From positions 12,224,001 through 12,288,000 of the forward strand of contig CP086569.2 in NCBI GenBank assembly GCA_009914755.4: a DNA stretch of 64,000 bases. The letters are read 5' to 3'. Position numbers and translations under genes: made by a program. This document shows positions 14,201 through 27,848 of the stretch, one piece after another. The DNA is from the human T2T-CHM13v2.0 reference genome, Homo sapiens. Each line of letters starts with the position of its first letter. The first letter of the stretch is position 1. Under the pieces are notes generated by a model. It was not told where the DNA came from and did not search any database. It saw only the letters and a list, made by a program, of their open reading frames with translations.

Positions 14201-16777
14201 AAATGGAATGGAAACGAATGGAATGGAATGAAATGGAATGGAATGAAATGGAATTGAAAGGAACGGAATCAAATGGAATGGAATGGATTGGAATAGAATG
14301 GATTCAAATAAAATAGAATCGATAGGAATGGTATTGAATGGAAGGGACTTGAATGGAATGGAAATCAATGGAAGATATTGGAATCGAAAGGCATCGAATG
14401 AAACGGAATGGAAAGGAATGGAACGGACCCGAATGGAATGGAATGGACTCAAATGTAATGGACTCGAATGGAATCTACTGAAATATAATAGACTCGAAAG
14501 GAATGGCCTCCAGCGGAATTTATTTGAATAGAATTGAATCAAATGGAATACAAGAGTATTGAATGGAATCGAATGGAATGGAATCGAATGGAATGGAACG
14601 GAATTTAATATAATGGAGTAGAATGGAATGCATTGGAAAGGAGCAGAGTGGAATCGAGTGGAATGGAATCGAGTGGAATGGAATCAAAGGGAACGAAATC
14701 GAATTGAATGGACTTGAATGGAATTGAGTCGAAAGGAATTGACTCGAAAGGAATGGACTGGAACAAAAAGGAATGAAATGGACAGGAATGGAATGGAATG
14801 GACTCGAATGGAATGGAGTCAAATGCAAACGCATCGAATGGAATGGATTCAAATGGAATGCAATTGAATGGAATAGAAAGGAAGAGAATGGAATTGAGAG
14901 TAATGGAAAGATATCGATTGGAATGAAATGGAATGGAAAGGAATTGAATGGAAAGGAATGGACTCGAAAGAAATGGATTGGAATGGAATGGTCTCCAATG
15001 GAATGGACTGGAGTGGAATGGAATCGAATGGAATGAAAAGAATGGAACGGAATGGAACGGAAAGGAATAGAATGTTATGGAATCCGATTGGACAGAATGG
15101 AATGGAATGGACTTTCATGAAATGGAGTCGAATAGAGTGGCATCAAAAGGAATGGAATGGAATGGAGTGGACTCAAAAGGAACGGACTCGAAAGGAATGG
15201 CGTCGAAGCAAATTGAATCAAATGGATTGGAGTCGAACAGAATGGAAGGGAATGGAATGAACTCGACTGGAGTAGAGAGGAATGTAAAGGAATAGAATGG
15301 AATGTAATCAAATGGATTGCAAGTGAATTGAATCAAAAATAATAGAAAGGAATGGAGTGTAAAGGGATGATATTGAATAAAATGGAATGGAATGGAATTT
15401 AATGGAATGGAGTTGAAGGAATGGACAGGAATGTAATGGACTCCAAAGGAATGGAATGGATGAAAATGGATTTGAACAGATTGGAATCGAACGGAATGGA
15501 ATGCAATGGAATGGAATGGACTCGAATGGAGAAGAGACAAATGGAATGGAAACGAATTCAATGGAATTGAAAAGAATAGAATGGAATGGCCTGTAATGGT
15601 AAGATACTAAATGGAATGGAATTGAATGGAATGTAGTGGAATGGACCCAAATGTAATGCACTCGAATGGAATATACTGAAATAGAATGGAATCGAAAGGA
15701 AAGGTCTCAAATGGAATGTATTCAATACAATGGAATCGAATGGAATGCAATAGAATGGAAAGGAGTCGAATGTAATGGAATCAAATAGAATGGACCAGAC
15801 TGGAATGGACTGCCATAGAACGGACTGCAGTGTAATGGATTGAATTCTAATTCATTCAAATGGAATGGAATTGAATGGAATGGAATCCAATGGAATAGAT
15901 AGGATTGTACTGGAATGGAATAGCATGGAATGCAACGGAGTGGAATGGAGTTGAATGAAGTGGAATGGAATCGATTGGAATGGAATCAAATGGAATGGAC
16001 GGGAATGGAATGGACTGGAAGAGAACAGACTCGAATACAATGGATTGCAATGTAATTGACTCAAATGGAATGGAATCGAATGGAATGTAATAAAATTGAA
16101 GGGATTGGAGTTCAATTCAATGGAATAGAATGGAATGCAAAGGAAAGGAAAGGCACGGAGTGAATTCGAGTGTAATGGAATCGAATGGAATGAAATCGAA
16201 TGGAATGGACTCAAAAGAAATGGACGAGGGACAAAACGGAATCAAACTGATTGGAATGGAATGGAACGGAATGGAATGGAATGGTCTCCATTGGATGGGA
16301 GTAGAACGGATTGGAATGGAATGGAATGAATTGGAATGGAAAGGAATAGAATGGAATGGAAAGGAATGGAAGGTAATGGAAAGATATCGAACGGATTGGA
16401 AAGGAATGGAATGGACGCTAATGGAATGGAATGGAATTCAACAGAAACGAATGGAATGGACTGGAGTGAAATGGAGTCGAATGTAATTGACTGGAGAGGA
16501 ATGGACTCGAAAGGAATGGACTCGAATAGAATGGACTGGAATGGATTGTACTCGAATGGAGTGGAAAGGAATAAAATGGACTCCAGCAGATTGGAATGGA
16601 ACAGAATGGAATGCAATGGAATGGCTCAAATGGAATGGAGTCGAATGCAATGGAAGAGAAAGGAAAGGAATTGAATGGAATTGAAAGTAATAGAATTAAA
16701 TGGAGTGCAAAGGAAAGATATCGAATGGAATGGATCGAAAAGAAATAGAATGGAATGGACAGGAATGGAATGGAATA
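11237..16777 (+). repeat. HOR copy 3 (~5541 bp), subtype A1
   Basis: Landmark at 11237; GGGCCC at ~13321; doubled 'gaattgagtcgaaaggaattgactcgaaagg' at ~14720. Confidence 0.85.
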
Positions 16778-19700
16778 GACTGGCGTGCAATGAAAACGAA
16801 TGGAATGGAAACGAATGGAATGGAATGGAAAGGAATGTAGTAGAGTAAATACTATGGAATGGAATGGAATGGAATGGAATGGAATGGAATGGAATGGAAA
16901 GGAATGGAGGCGAAAGGAAAAGAATGGATTGGAATGTCACCAAATGGAAAGATATGGAATGGAAAGGAATGGATACGAATGGAATGGAATAGAAAGGAAG
17001 GGAAAGGTAAAGAATGGAATGGAATCGGATAGAATGGAATGCAATATAATGGAGTCGAATGGAAAATAATCGAGTAGAATGATATCGAATGGAATGGAAT
17101 TTAATGGAATGGAATGGAATGGAATGGAATGGACTCGAATGGAATGTACTCAAATGGATTAGAATAGAATGGAATGGAACTAAACATAATGAACTCGAAT
17201 GGAATGGACACAAATAGAATGGAAGAGAAAGGAATGGTATTAAATGGAATGTATTCGAATAGAATGGAATTCAATGGAATGCAACAGTGTGGCATGGAAT
17301 CAAATGGAATGGAATCGAATGGAATGGACCCGAGTGGAATGGACTCATAGAACAGCCTCGAATGTAATCGAATACAATGTATTAGATTCGAAAGGACTGA
17401 AATCGAATGGAATGTAATCAAATGGAACGGAACTGAATGCATGGAATGGCATAGAAAGTAATGCAATGGAATGGAATAGACTGGAATGGAATGGAATCAG
17501 ATGGAATGTAATGAAATGTAATGGAAGGAATGTCATGGAATGGAATGGAATGGAATGCAATGGGACGGTGTATAATGGAGTGCAATGGATTTCAGTGGAA
17601 TGTAGTCCAAAGGAATGAAATAGAATGGAATTCAATATAATGGAATGGCATCCAATGGCAAGGAATGGAGCGGACTCCAATGGAAACGACATGAAAGGAG
17701 TATAATATAATGGAATGGCATTGAACGAAATGGAATGCAATGGAGTTAAAAGGTAAAGTATCGAATGGAAAAGAATTGAATGGACTCGAATGGAATATAA
17801 TGGAATGCAATGGACTCTAATGGAATGTACTAGAGTTGAATGGAATCGCATGGAATGGAAAACAATGGAAAGGAAAGGAAGGGAATTGAAAGTAAAGGAA
17901 TAGAATGGAATGGAATCGGATGGAACGGAATTGAATGGAATGGAAACTAAAGGAATAGAATAGAAAGGAATGTCATTGAATGGAATGGAAAGGAATGGAA
18001 TCAGATGGAACAGAAAGGAATGGAATAGAATCGAATGGAATGGCATCGAATGGTTTGGAATGGAATGTAATGGAATGGAATGGAATGGAAAGGAATGGAA
18101 TGGACTCAAATGGAAAGTACTCAAATGGAATAGAATAGAATGGAATGGAAGTAAATATAATGGACTCGAGTGGAATGGATTGGAATAAATTGGAATTGAA
18201 TGTATTGGATTCGAATGGAAAAGAATGGAATGGAATTGAATGGAAAGGATTCGAATGGAATGGAACGAATTGGAATGTAATTGAATGGAGTCGAAAACAG
18301 TAGAAAGAAAAGAAGTTTAATCGAATGATATCGAATGGAATTGAATGGAATGTAGGCGAATGGAATGGACTGGAATGGAGTGGAGTGACATGTAATGGAA
18401 TCGAAAGGAATGGAATCGAATGAAATGGAATTGAATGGAATAGAAAGGAATAGAATGGAATGGATTTTAATGGAAAGATATTAAAAGTAATGGAATGGAA
18501 TTGAGTGGACACGAATGGAATGGACTGGAATGTAAAGGACTCGAATGAAATGGACCGCATTAGAATGGACTCGAATGGAATGGATTGGAGTGGAATGGTC
18601 TTTAATGGATTGGAAACGAATGGAATGGAAAGGAATAGAATGGAATGTAATCAAATGGAACGAAATGGAATGGAATGGATTCGACTGGAACAGAACTGAA
18701 TGTAGTGGAATTGAGTGGAATGGAATGCAATCGAATGGAATGGACAGGAATGGAATAGAATGAAATGAAATGGCATGGAATGGAATGGAATGGAATGGAA
18801 TGGAATGGAATGACATGGCTTCGAATGGAATGGAATGGCATGGAATGAATTTGATTGGTATGGGATGGGCCCAAAAGTAATGGACTCACAGAAAAGGGAC
18901 TCAAATAGAATGAATTGGAAAGAAACGGTCTCGAATGTAATTTATTCGAAGAGAATGATATTGAATGGAATGCGATAGTATGTAATGGTATTGAATAGAA
19001 TGGAATAGAATGGAATGGAATGGAACGGAATGGAGTGCATTTGAACGGACTCCAATGCAACAAATTGCAATATAATTGATTCAAATGGAATGGAATCGAA
19101 TAGAATGTAAACAAAAGAAATGGAAGGCAATGCAATGGAAAGGAATCGAATGAAATGGAATAAATGGGATGGAATCGAATGGAAAGGACGCGAATATAAT
19201 GGACTGTTAAGGAAAGGTCTCGAATCGAATTTATTCCAATAGAATGGAATCGAAAGGAATGCAATACTGTTGAATCGAATCGAATGGAATGGAATTGAAT
19301 GGAATGGACAGGAATGGAATGAACTGGAAGTGAATGGAAAAGAACGTAATATAGTGCAATGTAATTTATTCAAATGGAATGGAATGCAATCGAATGGAAT
19401 GGACTCGATTGGAATGGACTGGAGTGGAATGGACTGAAATGGAATGGAAAGGAATGTAATGGAATGGAACGGAAAGCAAAGGAATCTACTGGAATAGAAT
19501 CGAACGGAACAGAAAGGAATGGAATGGAATGGAATGGAATGGACTCGAATGGAATGTATTCGAATGTAATGGACCGGAAAGGAATGGAATCCAATGGAAT
19601 GGAATTGAATGGAATCAAAAGGAATAGAAAGGAATAGAGTGTAATTGAATGATATCGAATGGAAGGAAATGGAATGAAGTCGAATGGAATGCACTGGAAT

Positions 19701-22324
19701 GGAATGGACTCGATCAGAACGGACTGGAGAGGAATGTACACAAATGGAATGGAAACGAATGGAATGGAATGAAATGGAATGGAATGAAATGGAATTGAAA
19801 GGAACGGAAGCAAATGGAATGGAATGGATTGGAATAGAATGGATTCAAATAAAATAGAATCGATAGGAATGGTATTGAATGGAAGGGACTTGAATGGAAT
19901 GGAAATCAATGGAAGATATTGGAATCGAATGGCATCGAATGAAATGGAATGGAACGGAATGGAACGGACCCGAATGGAATGGAATGGACTGAAATGTAAT
20001 GGACTCGAATGGAATCGACTGAAATATAATAGACTCGAAAGGAATGGCCTCCAGCGGAATTTATTTGAATAGAATTGAATCAAATGGAATACAAGAGTAT
20101 TGAATGGAATCGAATGGAGTGGAATCGAATGGAATGGAACGGAATTCAATATAATGGAGTAGAATGGAATGCATTGGAAAGGAGCAGAGTGGAATCGAGT
20201 GGAATGGAATCGAGTGGAATGGAATCAAAGGGAACGAAATCGAATTGAATGGACTTGAATGGAATTGACTTGAAAGGAATGGACTGGAACAAAAAGGAAT
20301 GAAATGGACAGGAATGGAATGGAATGGACTCGAATGGAATGGAGTCAAATACAAACGCATCGAATGGAATGGATTCAAATGGAATCCAATTGAATGGAAT
20401 AGAAAGGAAGAGAATGGAATTGAGAGTAATGGAAAGATATCGATTGGAATGAAATGTAATGGAAAGGATTTGAATGGAAAGGAATGGACTCGAAAGAAAT
20501 GGATTGGAATGGAATGGTCTCCAATGGAATGGACTGGAGTGGAATGGAATCGAATGGAATGAAAAGAATGGAACGGAATGGAACGGAAAGGAATAGAATG
20601 TTATGGAATCCGATTGCACGGAATGGAATGGAATGGACTTTCATGAAATGGAGTCGAATAGAGTGGCATCAAAAGGAATGGAATGGAATGGAGTGGACTC
20701 AAAAGGAACGGACTTGAAAGGAATGGAGTCGAAGCAAATTGAATCAAATGGATTGGAGTCGAACAGAATGGAATGGAATGGAATGAACTCGACTGGAGTA
20801 GAGAGGAATGTAAAGGAATAGAATGGAATGTAATCAAATGGATTGCAAGTGAATGGAATCAAAAATAATAGAAAGGAATGGAGTGTAAAGGGATGATATT
20901 GAATAAAATGGAATGGAATGGAAGTTAATGGAATGGAGTCGAAGGAATGGACAGGAATGTAATGGACTCCAATGGAATGGAATGGATGAAAATGGATTTG
21001 AACAGATTGGAATCGAACGGAATGGAATGCAATGGAATGGAATGGACTCGAATGGAGAAGAGACAAATGGAATGGAAACGAATTCAATGGAATTGAAAAG
21101 AATAGAATGGAATGGCCTGTAATGGTAAGATACTAAATGGAATGGAATTGAATGGAATGTAGTGGAATGGACCCAAATGTAATGCAGTCGAATGGAATAT
21201 ACTCAAATAGAATGGAATCGAAAGGAAAGGTCTCAAATGGAATTTATTCAATACAATGGAATCGAATGGAATGCAATAGAATGGAAAGGAATCGAATGTA
21301 ATGGAATCAAATAGAATGGACCAGAATGGAATGGACTGCCATAGAACGGACTGCAGTGTAATGGATTGAATTCTAATTCATTCAAATGGAATGGAATTGA
21401 ATGGAATGGAATCCAATGGATTGGATAGGATTGTACTGGAATGGAATAGCATGGAATGCAACGGAGTGGAATGGAGTTGAATGAAGTGGAATGGAATCGA
21501 TTGGAATGGAATCAAATGGAATGGACGGGAATGGAATGGACTGGAAGAGAACAGACTCGAATATAATGGATTGCAATGTAATTGATTCAAATGGAATGGA
21601 ATCGAATGGAATGTCATACAATTGAAGGGATTGGAGTTCAATGCAATGGAATAGAATGGAATGCAAAGGAAAGGAAAGGCACGGAGTGAAATCGAGTGTA
21701 ATGGAATCGAATGGAATGAAATCGAATGGAATGGACTCAAAAGAATTGGACGAGGGACAAAACGGAATCAAACTGATTGGAATGGAATGGAACGGAATGG
21801 AATGGAATGGTCTCCATTGGATGGGAGTAGAACGGATTGGAATGGAATGGAATGAAATGGAATGGAAAGGAATAGAATGGAATGGAAAGGAATGGAAGGT
21901 AATGGAAAGATATCGAACGGATTGGAAAGGAATGGAATGGACGCTAATGGAATGGAATGGAATTCAACAGAAACGAATGGAATGGACTGGAGTGAAATGG
22001 AGTCGAATGTAATTGACTGGAGAGGAATGGACTCGAAAGGAATGGACTCGAATAGAATGGACTGGAATGGAATGGATTGTACTCGAATGGAGTGGAAAGG
22101 AATAAAATGGATTCCACCAGATTGGAATGGAACAGAATGTAATGCAATGGAATGGAATGCAATGGAATGGCTCGAATGGAATGGAGTCGAACGCAATGGA
22201 AGAGAAAGGAAAGGAATTGAATGGAATTGAAAGTAATAGAATTAAATGGAGTGCAAAGGAAAGAGATGGAATGGAATGGATCGAAAAGAAATAGAATGGA
22301 ATGGACAGGAATGGAATGGAATAG
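16778..22324 (+). repeat. HOR copy 4 (~5547 bp), subtype A2
   Basis: Landmark at 16778; GGGCCC at ~18868; single 'gaattgacttgaaagg' unit at ~20260 (15-bp deletion relative to A1). The 20061 ORF lacks the 'SSQFLSSQFHSS' duplication and reads 'RLYLTP'. Confidence 0.85.
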
Positions 22325-25300
22325 ACTGGCGTGCAATGAAAACGAATGGAATGGAAACGAATGGAATGGAATGGAAAGGAAAGGAGCAGAATAAATACTA
22401 TGGAATGGAATGGAATGGAATGGAATGGAATGGAATGGAATGGAGGCGAAAGGAAAAGAATGGATTGGAATGTCACCGAATGGAAAGATATGGAATTGAA
22501 AGGAATGGATACGAATGGAATGGAATAGAAAGGAAGGGAAAAGTAAAGAATGGAATGGAATCGGATAGAATGGAATGCAATATAATGGAGTCGAACGGAA
22601 AATAATCGAGTAGAATGATATCGAATGGAATGGAATTTAATGGAATGGAATGGAATGGACTCGAATGGAATGTACTCAAATGGATTAGAATAGAATGGAA
22701 TGGAACTAAACGTAATGAACTCGAATGGAATGGACACAAATAGAATGGAAGAGAAAGGAATGGTATTGAATGGAATGTATTCGAATAGAATGGAATTCAA
22801 TGGAATGCAACAGTGTGGCATGGAATCAAATGGAATGGAATTGAATGGAATGGACCCGAGTGGAATGGACTCATAGAACAGCCTCGAATGTAATGGATTA
22901 CAATGTATTAGATTCGAAAGGACTGAAATCGAATGGAATGTAATCAAATAGAACGGAATTGAATGCATGGAATGGCATAGAAAGAAATGCAATGGAATGG
23001 AATAGACTGGAATGGAATGGAATCGGATGGAATGTAATGAAATGTAATGGAAGGAATGCCATGGAATGGAATGGAACGGAATGCAATGGGACGGTGTATA
23101 ATGGAGTGCGATGGATTTCAGTGGAATGTAGTCAAAAGGAATGAAATAGAATGGAATTCAATATAATGGAATGGCATCCAATGGCAAGGAATGGAGCGGA
23201 CTCCAATGGAAAGACATGAAAGGACTATAGTATAATGGAATGGCATTGAACGAAATGGAATGCAATGGAGTTAAAAGGTAAAATATCGAATGGAAAAGAA
23301 TTGAATGGTCTCGAATGCAATATAATGGAATGGAATGGACTCGAATGGAATGTACTAGAGTTGAATGGAATCGAATGGAATGGAAAACAATGGAAAGGAA
23401 AGGAAGGGAATTGAAAGTAAAGGAATACAAAGTAATGGAATCGGATGGAACGGAATTGAATGGAATGGAAACTAAAGGAATAGAATAGAAAGGAATGGCA
23501 TTGAATGGAATGGAAAGGAATGGAATCAGATGGAACAGAAAGGAATGGAATAGCATCGAATGGAATGGCATCGAATGGTTTAGAATGGAATGTAATGGAA
23601 TGGAATGGAAAGGAATGGAATGGACTCAAATGGAATGTACTCAAATGGAATAGAATAGAATGGAATGGAAGTAAATATAATGGACTCGAGTGGAATGGAT
23701 TGGAATAAATTGGAATTGAATGTATTGGATTCGAATGGAAAGGAGTGGAATGGAATAGAATGGAATGGAATGGATTAGAATGGAATGGAACGAATTGGAA
23801 TGTAATTGAATGGAGTCGAAAACAGTCGAAAGAAAAGAAGTTTAATCGAATGATATCGAATGTAATTGAATGGAATGTAGGCGAATGGAATGGACTGGAA
23901 TGGAGTGGAGTGACATGTAATGGAATCGAAAGGAATGGAATCGAATGAAATGGAATTGAATGGAATAGAAAGGAATAGAATGGAATGGAGTTTAATGGAA
24001 AGATATTAAAAGTAATGGAATGGAATTGAGTGGACACGAATGGAATGGACTGGAATGGAAAGGACTCGAATGAAATGGACCGCATTAGAATGGACTCGAA
24101 TGGAATGGATTGGAGTGGAATGGTCTTTAATGGATTGGAAACGAATGGAATGGAAAGGAATAGAATGGAATGTAATCAAATGGAACGAAATGGAATGGAA
24201 TGGATTCGACTGAAACAGAACTGAATGTAGTGGAATTGAGTGGAATGGAATGTAATCGAATGGAATGGACACGAATGGAATAGAATGAAAAGAAATGGCA
24301 TGGAATGGAATGGAATGGAATGGAATGGAATGGAATGGAATGGAATGGCATGGCATGGCATGGAATGGCATGGAATGAAATTGATTGGAATGGGATGGGC
24401 CCAAAAGTAATGGACTCACAGAAAAGGGACTCAAATAAAATGAATTGGAAAGAAACGGTCTCGAATGTAATTTATTCGAATAGAATGATATTGAATGGAA
24501 TGCGATAGTATGGAATGGTATTGAATAGAATGGAATAGAATGGAATGGAATGGAACGGAGTGGAGTGCATTTGAACGGACTCCAATGCAACAAATTGCAA
24601 TATAATTGATTCAAATGGAATGGAATCGAATAGAATGTAAACAAATGAAATGGAAGGCAATGCAATGGAAAGGAATCGAATGAAATGGAATAAATGGGAT
24701 GGAATCGAATGGAAAGGACGCGAATATAATGGACTGTTAAGGAAAGGTCTCGAATCGAATTTATACCAATAGAATGGAATCGAACGGAATGCAATATTAT
24801 TGAATCGAATCGAATGGAATGGAATTGAATGGAATGGACAGGAATGGAATGAACTGGAAGTGAATGGAAAAGAACGTAATATAGTGCAATGTAATTTATT
24901 CAAATGGAATGGAATGCAATCGAATGGAATGGACTCGATTGGAATGGACTGGAGTGGAATGGACTGAAATGGAATGGAAAGGAATGTAATGGAATGGAAC
25001 GGAAAGCAAAGGAATCTACTGGAATAGAATCGAACGGAACAGAAAGGAATGGAATGGAATGGAGTGGAATGGACTCGAATGGAATGTATTCGAATGTAAT
25101 GGACCGGAAAGGAATGGAATCCAATGGAATGGAATTGAATGGAATCAAAAGGAATAGAAAGGAATAGAGTGTAATTGAATGATATCGAATGGAAGGAAAT
25201 GGAATGAAGTCGAATGGAATGCACTGGAATGGAATGGACTCGATCAGAACGGACTGGAGAGGAATGTACACAAATGGAATGGAAACGAATGGAATGGAAT

Positions 25301-27848
25301 GAAATGGAATGGAATGAAATGGAATTGAGAGGAACGGAATCAAATGGAATGGAATGGATTGGAATAGAATGGATTCAAATAAAATAGAATCGATAGGAAT
25401 GGTATTGAATGGAAAGGACTTGAATGGAATGGAAATCAATGGAAGATATTGGAATCGAATGGCATCGAATGAAATGGAATGGAACGGAATGGAACGGACC
25501 CGAATGGAATGGAATGGACTGAAATGTAATGGACTCGAATGGAATCGACTGAAATATAATAGACTCGAAAGGAATGGCCTCCAGCGAAATTTATTTGAAT
25601 AGAATTGAATCAAATGGAATACAAGAGTATTGAATGGAATCGAATGGAATGGAATCGAATGGAATGGAACGGAATTCAATATAATGGAGTAGAATGGAAT
25701 GCATTGGAAAGGAGCAGAGTGGAATCGAGTGGAATGGAATCGAGTGGAATGGAATCAAAGGGAACGAAATCGAATTGAATGAACTTGAATGGAATTGACT
25801 CGAAAGGAATGGACTGGAACAAAAAGGAATGAAATGGACAGGAATGGAATGGAATGGACTCGAATGGAATGGAGTCAGATACAAACGCATCGAATGGAAT
25901 GGATTCAAATGGAATGCAATTGAATGGAATAGAAAGGAAGAGAATTGAATTGAGAGTAATGGAAAGATATCGATTGGAATGAAATGGAATGGAAAGGATT
26001 TGAATGGAAAGGAATGGACTCGAAAGAAATGGATTGGAATGGAATGGTCTCCAATGGAATGGACTGGAGTGGAATGGAATCGAATGGAATGAAAAGAATG
26101 GAACGGAATGGAACGGAAAGGAATAGAATGTTATGGAATCCGATTGGACAGAATGGAATGGAATGGACTTTCATGAAATGGAGTCGAATAGAGTGGCATC
26201 AAAAGGAATGGAATGGAATGGAGTGGACTCAAAAGGAACGGACTCGAAAGGAATGGAGTCGAAGCAAATTGAATCAAATGGATTGGAGTCGAACAGAATG
26301 GAATGGAATGGAATGAACTCGACTGGAGTAGAGAGGAATGTAAAGGAATAGAATGGAATGTAATCAAATGGATTGCAAGTGAATGGAATCAAAAATAATA
26401 GAAAGGAATGGAGTTTAAAGGGATGATATTGAATAAAATGGAATGGAATGGAAGTTAATGGAATGGAGTCGAAGGAATGGACAGGAATGTAATGGACTCC
26501 AATGGAATGGAATGGATGAAAATGGATTTGAACAGATTGGAATCGAACGGAATGGAATGCAATGGAATGGAATGGACTCGAATGGAGAAGAGACAAATGG
26601 AATGGAAACGAATTCAATGGAATTGAAAAGAATAGAATGGAATGGCGTGTAATGGTAAGATACTAAATGGAATGGAATTGAATGGAATGTAGTGGAATGG
26701 ACCCAAATGTAATGCAGTCGAATAGAATATACTGAAATAGAATGGAATCGAAAGGAAAGGTCTCAAATGGAATTTATTCAATACAATGGAATCGAATGGA
26801 ATGCAATAGAATGGAAAGGAATCGAATGTAATGGAATCAAATAGAATGGACCAGAATGGAATGGACTGTCATAGAACGGACTGCAGTGTAATGGATTGAA
26901 TTCTAATTCATTCAAATGGAATGGAATGGAATGGAATGGAATCCAATGGAATGGATAGGATTGTACTGGAATGGAATAGCATGGAATGCAACGGAGTGGA
27001 ATGGAATTGAATGAAGTGGAATGGAATCGATTGGAATGGAATCAAATGGAATGGACGGGAATGGAATGGACTGGAAGAGAACAGACTCGAATATAATGGA
27101 TTGCAATGTAATTGATTCAAATGGAATGGAATCGAATGGAATGTCATAAAATTGAAGGGATTGGAGTTCAATGCAATGGAATAGAATGGAATGCAAATGA
27201 AAGGAAAGGCACGGAGTGAAATCGAGTGTAATGGAATCGAATGGAATGAAATCGAATGGAATGGACTCAAAAGAAATGGACGAGGGACAAAACGGAATCA
27301 AACTGATTGGAATCGAATGGAACGGAATGGAATGGAATGGTCTCCATTGGATGGGAGTAGAACGGATTGGAATGGAATGGAATGAAATGGAATGGAAAGG
27401 GATAGAATGGAATGGAAAGGAATGGAAGGTAATGGAAAGATATCGAACGGATTGGAAAGGAATGGAATGGACGCTAATGGAATGGAATGGAATTCAACAG
27501 AAACGAATGGAATGGACTGGAGTGAAATGGAGTCGAATGTAATTCACTGGAGATGAATGGACTCGAAAGGAATGGACTCGAATAGAATGGACTGGAATGG
27601 ATTGTATTCGAATGGAGTGGAAAGGAATAAAATGGATTCCACCAGATTGGAATGGAACAGAATGTAATGCAATGGAATGGAATGCAATGGAATGGCTCGA
27701 ATGGAATGGAGTCGAATGCAATGGAAGGGAAAGGAAAGGAATTGAATGAAATTGAAAGTAATAGAATTAAACGGAGTGCAAAGGAAAGATATGGAATGGA
27801 ATGGATCGAAAAGAAATAGAATGGAATGGACAGGAATGGAATGGAATA
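22325..27848 (+). repeat. HOR copy 5 (~5524 bp), subtype A2
   Basis: Landmark 'gactggcgtgcaatgaaaacg' at 22325; GGGCCC at ~24397; A2 deletion markers present. Confidence 0.85.
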
